Assembly: GCA_027023025.1 (NCBI GenBank)
Contig: JALVXB010000001.1
Coordinates: forward strand, 3,645 to 67,644
Origin: Caldisericaceae bacterium
Lineage (GTDB): Bacteria > Caldisericota > Caldisericia > Caldisericales > Caldisericaceae
DNA: 64,000 bases
Direction of reading: 5' to 3'
The notes under the pieces were generated by a model. The model was not told the DNA's origin. It saw nothing but the letters and a program-made list of their open reading frames with translations, and searched no databases. Each line of letters begins with the position of its first letter. Within the stretch, counting starts at the first letter, position 1. Made by a program: the position numbers and the translations under genes. Positions 1 to 6,716 of this stretch are shown one piece after another.

Positions 1-8
1 CGGACAGG

Positions 9-545
9 ATGCCAAAGGAATACAAAATTGCCCTGTATGCAATTTTTATAGGGATAACATACTTCTTTTTGTATTCTCTGGTGTTTTACGGAAAGTTTAA
101 GTATGTGCCGTTCTTTTTGATTTCGCTTGGAGTGGTGCTTTTGTTTGGGGTGCCGGCACTGTTTCTTTTGAAAAAAGCAAACTGGGCGCGCATACTTTTA
201 GGGATAACTTCTGCATTTTTTGCACTGCTCTTTGCAGGCATTTCCGTGCTGCTTATATTTTTTAAGCAAAGTACTATTATTCTTGCAAAAGCGCTCCACA
301 CGGGAGTGTTTACCTTTTATGTACTGCTAGGACAATTAAGGACGACGCCTGACAAAGGGGCGGTTGCGGCAATTCTCATTGCAGTGTGGAACGGGCTCGT
401 TGCGTATTTGCTGTTTCACAAAGAAACGCGCAGGTACACGGTTGAGAAAACTTACCCTGAGGTAGATACCCGCAAAGAAACGACCGCTGCAATTATCGTA
501 ATGTTTATCGTAATTGCCGCACTGTACACGCTGGTGCGTTTTTAA
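9..545 (+). CDS. hypothetical polytopic membrane protein
   Basis: 178-aa ORF made almost entirely of hydrophobic helical segments (ALYAIFIGITYFFLYSLVFY, FFLISLGVVLLFGVPALFLL, ILLGITSAFFALLFAGISVLLIFF). No family motif recognised. Upstream context is cut by the window edge. Confidence 0.5.
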   Translation: MPKEYKIALYAIFIGITYFFLYSLVFYGKFKYVPFFLISLGVVLLFGVPALFLLKKANWARILLGITSAFFALLFAGISVLLIFFKQSTIILAKALHTGVFTFYVLLGQLRTTPDKGAVAAILIAVWNGLVAYLLFHKETRRYTVEKTYPEVDTRKETTAAIIVMFIVIAALYTLVRF

Positions 546-1143
546 CTTTGGGCCTTGCCTAACAGAAGTTAAGGCTATTTTATAGCTGATTTGTAACCGT
601 CCGCTGGCTAATTCCTTTTTGAGTTTTCACCAGGATTTAATTACGGAGAGCATTATGTTGCTATTTTTTAGGCTGGGGCAAAAATCCTCCGCAAGGTGTT
701 ACACTTTACTTATGAATGAATAATTTCCTCCTTATAATATATATTACCTCCGTAAGTACACGGCATAAAGTGCATTGTAACTACGGACAAAATAGTTGGA
801 CACTGTGAAAATCTTACTCTACTATTTTTAAATCACAAAATTATAAGATTTCGGGTTTATATGCGGGTTGAGGGCAAAAGTTCAAAAATCTATGTCGTCT
901 TACTTTAGTTTTTGCCGAGAGTTTTTTTGTATAGTTTAATCAGGACAAATAAAAAATGAGTTTATTTGGGGGTTGTGATTCTTGCAGGTAGTTTGTAAAT
1001 TTAACAAACGGTGCAAAGCAAAACCGTTTTAAAGTTACTTTACATTCCGACAGAGAATAATTGATTATGGAAAGGGGAGTTTGTGGTGAAAGGTTGCCCT
1101 GCAAATTTTTGTTATCGTTTTAACAATATACATCTTCTAGTAG

Positions 1144-1409
1144 GTCCCTCTGAGCGCGGCGAAGAGTCTCTGCCTTAACGGCAAACCTTTTTGGTGGGTC
1201 ATGCTGAACTCAGCGAAGCATCTCTGCCTTAACAACCATACCTTTTGAAAAGTGTAACTAACAAGTCCCTCTGAGCGCAGCGAAGCATCTCTGCCTTAAC
1301 GGCAAACCTTTTTGGTGGGTCATGCTGAACTCAGTGAAGCATCTCTGCCTTAACGACGAACATCCCTCAGTGTGTCACTCTGAGTGCAGCGAAGCATCTC
1401 TGCCTTAAC
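1144..1409 (+). repeat. cluster of five 36-bp family-A repeats (about GTCNNNCTGAGYGMAGCGAAGMRTCTCTGCCTTAAC; positions 4-6 vary)
   Basis: Copies read directly at 1144-1179, 1198-1233, 1265-1300, 1319-1354 and 1374-1409. Segment 1144-1233 recurs almost perfectly at 1265-1354 (121-bp period), indicating a local tandem duplication. Confidence 0.9.
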
Positions 1410-1538
1410 AACTTTCCCTATAAATCCCTATTCCTATAGGTTTTCTATTCTTTCTCAAAACTTTTTTAAAAATTCTGCAAAATTCTTCCAAAATCGCGGA
1501 ACTTTTTCCTTTGAAATCCGTCTAATGTATAGAGGTGC
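1410..1538 (+). repeat. family-B repeat module (promoter-bearing), copy 1
   Basis: AACTTTCCCTATAAATCCCTATTCCTATAGGTTTTCTATTCTTTCTCAAAACTTTTTTAAAAATTCTGCAAAATTCTTCCAAAATCGCGGAACTTTTT..CCGTCTAATGTATAGAGGTGC. It is collinear with 3005-3117, 8719-8844 and the reverse complement of 55854-55940. Confidence 0.9.
1498..1522 (+). promoter_or_regulatory. ECF-sigma-type promoter candidate GGAAC-N16-CGTC
   Basis: GGAAC at 1498-1502, a 16-nt spacer at 1503-1518, CGTC at 1519-1522 followed by TAATGTATAG. It lies 110 nt upstream of ATG 1632. The same -35/-10 geometry occurs in all copies of the module. Confidence 0.6.
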
Positions 1539-1631
1539 GAAATTCTGCAGATGAAAATGAAGATTGTGCCGTTAAGTTGCACGAGTTTTTGCAGAGCAAA
1601 GTTTCAAAACAAACTTAATAGGAGGAAAATT

Positions 1632-2651
1632 ATGAAAAAGACTTCAAAAGTTCTTTTGCTGGCGCTATTGGTAAGTATATTTATTCTTCCCCTTGCAGGT
1701 TGCAGAGAAGTTAAGCAAAGCACAGGTAACGGGAATACACCTTTTACGAGCCCTCCAAAAGTAGAAGTGGAGAAGGTAGCGCTTCCTGAAAATGTTCTGC
1801 CTTTGTACATAAACGAGCAAAAGCACATTATTATCGCAGCAAAGCACCTTCCCGACACGGGGAAAAGCGACATCCTCAGAGGAAGCAGCATCCAGAACCT
1901 TAAAATAGTGCTAAAGGGAGTTGACTTTCCAGTATACGAACTTTTCGTAAGCTCGTTTAACGAAAGCGAAATGTGTTTGTTAGGCCTGAATAAAATTTAC
2001 TTCAGCAAAGACTTCGGGAAAAGCTGGAACTCAACGAACAACTCGTTTAACTTTTCAACTATGGGGTTTTCTCCTGAGCGGACGATGTACTTTGCAGGAC
2101 CTGGCGCAAGGAGGCCGTGCTACATCTACAAATCAACTGACGGCACACACTTTACGGAAGTTTACAAACCGCATCCGTACCACGATGTCGTATTCTTTAC
2201 ATTCAACCCTCGCGACGCGCACACTATCTGGACATTTGGGGAGTACGGAGTTTTTGTAAGCAAAGATTCTGGCAGGACATTCAAAAACTTAAACGCACCT
2301 GACAGGGCATACACTCCCGGCACACTCAACCCGTATAACTATAGTGAAGCGTATGTAGGGCTGGGTAACTACGGTTTATACAAAGTAAGTGAAAGTGGAA
2401 CAATAACGCCCGTTTATGTAGTAAAGCAGCCTCTGGAGCGTTTCGTATCCGTAGTAACGGACTTTCAGCGCAAGATTACTTATGCAATAGACGATAACGG
2501 CAATCTTTTCTGCATTTTGAAAGATAAAGCCTACAAACTCTACACGATGAAGAACATACATTCTATAAAACTGCTTCTGGAAAAAGATTCGGGCAATTTA
2601 TACATACTTTGCTATTCTGCTTACTACAAGGTAAAGGTTCAGCAACACTGA
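1632..2651 (+). CDS. BNR/Asp-box repeat lipoprotein (Ycf48-like beta-propeller)
   Basis: RBS TAGGAGGA precedes ATG 1632, which is the internal Met28 of track ORF 1551-2651. Signal peptide MKKTSKVLLLALLVSIFILPLAGC has a lipobox. Asp-box-like motifs are FSKDFGKSW, YKSTDGTHF and VSKDSGRTF. Confidence 0.7.
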   Translation: MKKTSKVLLLALLVSIFILPLAGCREVKQSTGNGNTPFTSPPKVEVEKVALPENVLPLYINEQKHIIIAAKHLPDTGKSDILRGSSIQNLKIVLKGVDFPVYELFVSSFNESEMCLLGLNKIYFSKDFGKSWNSTNNSFNFSTMGFSPERTMYFAGPGARRPCYIYKSTDGTHFTEVYKPHPYHDVVFFTFNPRDAHTIWTFGEYGVFVSKDSGRTFKNLNAPDRAYTPGTLNPYNYSEAYVGLGNYGLYKVSESGTITPVYVVKQPLERFVSVVTDFQRKITYAIDDNGNLFCILKDKAYKLYTMKNIHSIKLLLEKDSGNLYILCYSAYYKVKVQQH

Positions 2652-2756
2652 CGAAGTAATTTTGCTTGTTTATTTATAAGCAGTGTAGTATTGTTTCTCA
2701 AATTTACGGGAAGAAATAAACTTCGTGTGCTTTCCATTGGAAGTTACTTTGAGGAC

Positions 2757-3004
2757 GGAGAAGTATTTTGCCTTAACAACGATGTATTTAGGAAAGCGCA
2801 GCCAACAGATCTTTTATATTTTATTCTTTGTAAACCTGTTTTTCTTAGTCTTCTCTCGTTTTGTTTTCTACTTCCTGAGGAAGAAAAGTTAGAAAGGAAA
2901 CCTCGTGTCCGCTCTAACGATTAAGGTCCTTCGCTCGCTAACGCTCGCTCGAGGACGACCACCCCGCTGTCACTCTGAGTGCAGCGAAGAGTCTCTGCCT
3001 TAAC
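2757..3004 (+). repeat. composite repeat (degenerate A copy, T-rich module, module C, family-A copy)
   Basis: Module C (GGAAACCTCGTGTCCGCTCTAA..AGGTCCTTCGCTCGCTAACGCTCGCTCGAGGACGAC) is at 2896-2960 and a family-A copy at 2969-3004. The whole stretch is collinear with 8333-8718. Confidence 0.7.
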
Positions 3005-3117
3005 AACTTTCCCTATAAATCCTCGTTCTGACAGGTTTTCTGCCATCTTCCAAAAACTTTTTAAAAATTCTTATAAAATTGCGGAACTTTTTCCTTTGAA
3101 ATCCGTCTAATGTATAG
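3005..3117 (+). repeat. family-B repeat module, copy 2
   Basis: AACTTTCCCTATAAATCC...AAAACTTTTTAAAAATTCTTATAAAATTGCGGAACTTTTTCCTTTGAAATCCGTCTAATGTATAG. Confidence 0.9.
3083..3107 (+). promoter_or_regulatory. ECF-sigma-type promoter candidate GGAAC-N16-CGTC
   Basis: GGAAC at 3083-3087, a 16-nt spacer, CGTC at 3104-3107. The spacer is identical to the copy at 1498-1522. Confidence 0.55.
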
Positions 3118-3156
3118 TTAGGGAAAAGTTTAAGATGAAAATTGTGAATGTTTGAC

Positions 3157-3207
3157 AAAAAATCGTGAAACTTTTTGTTGAGTTTTCCGTCTATTGTATA
3201 GAGGTGC
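3157..3207 (+). repeat. family-B repeat, 3' (promoter) half only
   Basis: AAAAAATCGTGAAACTTTTTGTTGAGTTTTCCGTCTATTGTATAGAGGTGC is nearly identical to the 3' end of the 8719-8844 copy. Confidence 0.85.
3167..3191 (+). promoter_or_regulatory. ECF-sigma-type promoter candidate GAAAC-N16-CGTC
   Basis: GAAAC at 3167-3171, a 16-nt spacer, CGTC at 3188-3191. It lies 174 nt upstream of ATG 3365. Confidence 0.55.
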
Positions 3208-3364
3208 AAAAGTATGGACAGGAATTTTATGGGTAGAGCGATGTGCAAAAATGGCGTAAGGACAAGAAACGACCGTTTAAAGACGATATATGCGTACAAT
3301 TTATATTTTTGCGAAATCTATTGACGAGAGAGAGTATAAAATATAGATAAGGAGGCGAGCTGTT

Positions 3365-4171
3365 ATGAAAGGAAAGAAAATTGTTATTGCAGTGGTGATT
3401 GTCGTGGCTGTAGTTTCGCTTTCGTATTTTGCAGTGAAAGGCTTTGGCAGTGGATTTAGCAATTACGGAAGGGAATTGGGTGAAGTGATTGCTTCAAAGG
3501 ACAACCCGGTTGTTGCAACCGTAAACGGAATGCCCATATATCTGAGTGATGTTGCACTTCCGTACTTTTCGCAGGCTGTTTCCTATACGAGAAGCAAACC
3601 CGAATTAATGGATTACATTAACAGTCCAGGTACGAGCGAAGCAGAAAAAGAACAGGCAAAAGAGGCACTCTCCGATGTGCCAGATCCTGAAAGTGTAATG
3701 AACAGAGTGATAAACATAGCCCTGATAGACCAATATATGCTGAAAAAAGGCGTAAGAATTCCTGCTTCAGATATTACAGAGCAGGCCAAAAAAGCAGAAG
3801 CAGCAGTTAATAACTCAGGCGGTATGTGGAAAAAGTATCAGAGCGAACTGATAAAATCACTTGGGATAAGCGAGAGCGAATACTATTCAAAGTACTACAC
3901 GAGAATGTTAAAACAACTCTACCTGTGGAATATGTTTGAAAAGTCATTAAAGGTGCCACAGTTTACTGAAAGCGAGATAAAAAAAGAAATGACACAAACT
4001 CACGGAAATAGGGATATGGCAATTGCAATTCTAAGAAGTATCTATCTCGAAAAACAGACAGAACTCAAAGCAGAGACTCTCAGAAAAACGGCAAATATAA
4101 AAATCGTTAATAGAGATGTCGTTAAGGATCTTAAATCTTACTTCAGCAACTTATACGCGGCAAAACCGTAA
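3365..4171 (+). CDS. membrane-anchored SurA_N/PrsA-like chaperone-domain protein (no PPIase domain seen)
   Basis: RBS AAGGAGG. N-terminal TM anchor is KIVIAVVIVVAVVSLSYFAV. VATVNGMPIYLSDV resembles the SurA N-terminal domain opening. The rest is helical and charged. Confidence 0.5.
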   Translation: MKGKKIVIAVVIVVAVVSLSYFAVKGFGSGFSNYGRELGEVIASKDNPVVATVNGMPIYLSDVALPYFSQAVSYTRSKPELMDYINSPGTSEAEKEQAKEALSDVPDPESVMNRVINIALIDQYMLKKGVRIPASDITEQAKKAEAAVNNSGGMWKKYQSELIKSLGISESEYYSKYYTRMLKQLYLWNMFEKSLKVPQFTESEIKKEMTQTHGNRDMAIAILRSIYLEKQTELKAETLRKTANIKIVNRDVVKDLKSYFSNLYAAKP

Positions 4172-4187
4172 ATTTAAATTGCATGCA

Positions 4188-4209
4188 GGGGGGTGAAGAG
4201 CCCCTTTTT
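4188..4209 (+). terminator. rho-independent terminator candidate
   Basis: GGGG-GGTGAAGAG-CCCC followed by TTTTTA, 17 nt after the stop at 4171. The stem is short. Confidence 0.45.
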
Positions 4210-4456
4210 ATAAAGTCGAGTGAGCCCGTACATAAATTTATCATAGAGTGTAATTATCCTCCAGGCAAAAATTGCTACTTGCTCTGCAAATGTGCACCAA
4301 AACATACGATTAAATTGGCGCGTATCTGCAAAAAGTTCTCACCCACATAAAGTACATCGTTCTCAAAATTGCATAAATTCCACCACAGTTACTCGTGGAA
4401 CCCTTTTCAAAAAGCGAACTTACGGCAAAACTGCAAAATCTACAGAGAACATATAT

Positions 4457-4485
4457 TTGACAGCGGTTGAAATATCTGTTAAAAT
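4457..4485 (+). promoter_or_regulatory. sigma-70-type promoter TTGACA-N17-TAAAAT
   Basis: TTGACA at 4457-4462, a 17-nt spacer, TAAAAT at 4480-4485. It lies 47 nt upstream of ATG 4532. Confidence 0.7.
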
Positions 4486-4531
4486 CTTATGATGCCATAT
4501 GAGTAAAATTAATCAAAAGGAGGGGTATAAG

Positions 4532-5155
4532 ATGAACAACGCACTACTGTGGGTGCTCGGAGCGGTAGCAGTCGTAATTATCGTCCTGTTGCTCGTTCCA
4601 GGTAAAGAGTCTAAAGAAAAGAGGGAAGAGATTTACCATAGCGAGGGAGAAGAATCCGCACTAAGCAAGAAGATAGCATCTCTGCTCAAAAAGGCAAGAC
4701 AGGAATTTATTTTGCTGAATAACTTCACGCTAAAAGGGTGGATAAAGCACACAGCAACGATTCAGCACTTGCTTATTACTAAGAAAGGTCTTTACATATT
4801 CCACACATTTACTGGTGAGGGCACGAAGTCGCTTCGCGTTAAAGACGGCGAGTGGTTCGAACAGACTGAGAGCGGCGAAAAGAAAATCAAAAATCCGATC
4901 AACATGAACAACTACCGCATCAATGTGATCAGAAATATTTTGAAAAAGAAACTGGGCGCTCTTTACGACAAATTAGACTTCCGTTCCGTAATCGTGGTGA
5001 AGGACGACGCAGAGCTGCCCGTTTCGTCCGAAGAAAAAGGAAACACTATGCTCATAAAAGAGCAATTTATCCCGGACTTCGTCGACATGATCGCTCAGAT
5101 GGAAGACAAAATCACGATCGAGGAGATGCAAAAAGTTAAAGAAGCACTTACTTAA
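4532..5155 (+). CDS. membrane-anchored NERD-domain protein (catalytic residues apparently substituted)
   Basis: RBS AAAGGAGGGG lies 7 nt before ATG 4532 (Met12 of the track ORF). N-terminal TM is ALLWVLGAVAVVIIVLLLV. The NERD-like core is FILLNNFTLKGWIKHTATIQHLLITKKGLYIFHTFTGEG...NPINMNNYRINVIRNIL. Confidence 0.6.
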   Translation: MNNALLWVLGAVAVVIIVLLLVPGKESKEKREEIYHSEGEESALSKKIASLLKKARQEFILLNNFTLKGWIKHTATIQHLLITKKGLYIFHTFTGEGTKSLRVKDGEWFEQTESGEKKIKNPINMNNYRINVIRNILKKKLGALYDKLDFRSVIVVKDDAELPVSSEEKGNTMLIKEQFIPDFVDMIAQMEDKITIEEMQKVKEALT

Positions 5156-5625
5156 GCGTTCTGCAGTTCTTTCAGTTTTTCCAGTACGGCATCAACATGC
5201 CCCTTCACTCTTACTTTTCTCCAGACTGCCGCAACCTTTCCTCTGGGGTCGACGAGGAATGTGCTTCTCACGACGCCCATATATTCTCTGCCGTAAAGTT
5301 TTTTCTTCTGCCACACTCCGTACTTCGTCAGCACTTTGTGTTCGGGGTCGCTGAGCAGTAAAATTTCTAGGTCCTTTTTCTCTATAAAGCGTGCGTGCGA
5401 CGCGGGCGAATCCGGGCTTACACCGATAATCACGGCGCCTAACTTTTCAAATTCTGCTTTTTTCTCAGTGAAGCCTATTGCCTCTTTCGTGCACCCGGAT
5501 GTGTTGTCCTTCGGGTAGAAGTAAAGCACCACCCACTTTCCTGCAAAGTCCTTCAAACAGTGTTTCTTTTCGTCTTTGTCTTTCAGGCAAAAAGCAGGCG
5601 CCTTTTTTCCAACTTCGACTTCCAT
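5152..5625 (-). CDS. bcp: thiol peroxidase / peroxiredoxin Bcp (PrxQ type)
   Basis: Active-site context is VVLYFYPKDNTSGCTKEA. Length is 157 aa. RBS AAAGGAGG. Confidence 0.9.
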   Translation of the reverse strand: MEVEVGKKAPAFCLKDKDEKKHCLKDFAGKWVVLYFYPKDNTSGCTKEAIGFTEKKAEFEKLGAVIIGVSPDSPASHARFIEKKDLEILLLSDPEHKVLTKYGVWQKKKLYGREYMGVVRSTFLVDPRGKVAAVWRKVRVKGHVDAVLEKLKELQNA

Positions 5626-5628
5626 AAC

Positions 5629-5940
5629 TTACCTCCTTTGGTAGTTTTTAAACTTTACGATCTCGTCTATTTTATGATACAGATTTTTCAGCGAGGGGTA
5701 AACACTTTTGTAAACTTCCTCGTAAAGCGCATCTTGAGGAGCGCCTTTTACCACTTCCCTCATCGCTTTCTTTGCAAGGGCAAGATAAGATTCTGCGTCC
5801 TGCTCTGCAAAGTCCACTTTGCTTGAAGTGTACGGCACTGCGGGATAAATTTTCTCTGCACGCACGAAGCCGTTTGCATCAATTAAAAATGCTTTGACAT
5901 TCTGCGTGCCGCCGTCAAGCACGGCAAAAAGTTTGTCCAT
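5629..5940 (-). pseudogene. FGGY carbohydrate kinase remnant (N- and C-termini fused, core deleted)
   Basis: The 103-aa ORF starts like an FGGY kinase (LFAVLDGGTQNVKAFLIDANGFV...AEQDAESYLALAKKAMREV). It then jumps to the family's C-terminal tail (ALYEEVYKSVYPSLKNLY). About 350-400 aa of a normal roughly 500-aa enzyme are missing. Confidence 0.55.
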
Positions 5941-5969
5941 AGAAAAAGTATAGGCTCAATGTGAAAAAA

Positions 5970-6716
5970 TCAAAACTCTTTGCGCAGTAAGAGCACCAGG
6001 GAAAGAAGGACGAATATTAATGAGTAAACAATCGAAAGGGAAATTGCAGGCAAAAACTTGCCAAGGTAAAGGTACATAACGGAAACCCACTTCAGTGCGG
6101 AAACTTTCCCTATAAGAACCGTTGCAATGAGTGCGATAAGTGCAATGAGGCCGCCTTTTACGCGGTCGTTTATCACCACGGAGAACAAAAACGAAACGGA
6201 TACTACGGCGGCAGTTGCAAGTAGCGATTGAACGGCGAGCCTGTTAAAAACTGCCATATTTATCTTTTGAGGGATGGAGCGTGCAAGGAGCGGAATCGTG
6301 TAGGTGGATATTAAAATTGGTATTAAAGTTCCTAAGAGAATTACGGCGTACTTTACGAATAAAACCCGTGCGCGCGAAACGGGGCGCGAGAACAGGAATA
6401 TTGCGGTTTTCCTTTCCGTTTCTCCTGCAACTGCACCGATGCTGTTTATCACGCCAAAGAAAATTGCAAACTCAAAAAGGTTTTTTCCGAACCACTGCGA
6501 AACGACGAAAAAGTTCAGGTCGTTCAGTTTTGGAAGGAGTGCCTTTGCTTCTCCGTTAAGCCCTCCGCCTGGCAGGTTGCTGAGGAGCGGTGCAAGGTTT
6601 TTCATCATTCTGAACCCGTAAGGCACGAGGAATACTGCAACGGCCACTAAAATAGCAAACTCCACGACGAACTTTAAAAAGTTTTCCTTTAGTTCTTTTT
6701 TAAGCAGTGCGTCCAT
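5970..6716 (-). CDS. ABC-2 type transporter permease
   Basis: 248-aa protein with 6 TM helices. It overlaps the upstream ATPase gene by 17 nt. Confidence 0.7.
   Translation of the reverse strand: MDALLKKELKENFLKFVVEFAILVAVAVFLVPYGFRMMKNLAPLLSNLPGGGLNGEAKALLPKLNDLNFFVVSQWFGKNLFEFAIFFGVINSIGAVAGETERKTAIFLFSRPVSRARVLFVKYAVILLGTLIPILISTYTIPLLARSIPQKINMAVFNRLAVQSLLATAAVVSVSFLFSVVINDRVKGGLIALIALIATVLIGKVSALKWVSVMYLYLGKFLPAISLSIVYSLIFVLLSLVLLLRKEF

Noticed and set aside
1144-1409. CRISPR-like appearance: five 36-bp repeats at short intervals
   Set aside because: The gaps are only 18, 31, 18 and 19 bp. The gaps themselves are duplicated, since 1144-1233 matches 1265-1354. The repeat copies differ from each other, the same unit is scattered singly across the window on both strands, and no cas genes are present. 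This is a tandem duplication of dispersed repeats, not a CRISPR array.
1551-1631. Longer N-terminal extensions offered by the ORF track. Examples are 1551 for the lipoprotein, 4499 for NERD, 47244 for the binding protein, 50878 for the HutC regulator and 56775 for the antitoxin.
   Set aside because: In each case an internal ATG is preceded by a strong GGAGG-type RBS at proper spacing. The shorter product also begins with the expected signal peptide or domain start. For 50878, the extension would begin upstream of the gene's own promoter.
3000-3299. 99-aa minus-strand ORF, plus similar small ORFs at 8764-8946 and 8456-8680 that share peptide strings such as YTIDGKLNKKFHDF
   Set aside because: They lie entirely within repeat modules A, B and C. 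The shared peptides are simply translations of the repeated DNA. They have no RBS, and the frame is not preserved between copies.
4292-4492. 66-aa ORF upstream of the NERD gene
   Set aside because: It has a basic, low-complexity translation and no RBS. Its 3' end is occupied by the near-consensus TTGACA-N17-TAAAAT promoter of the next gene.
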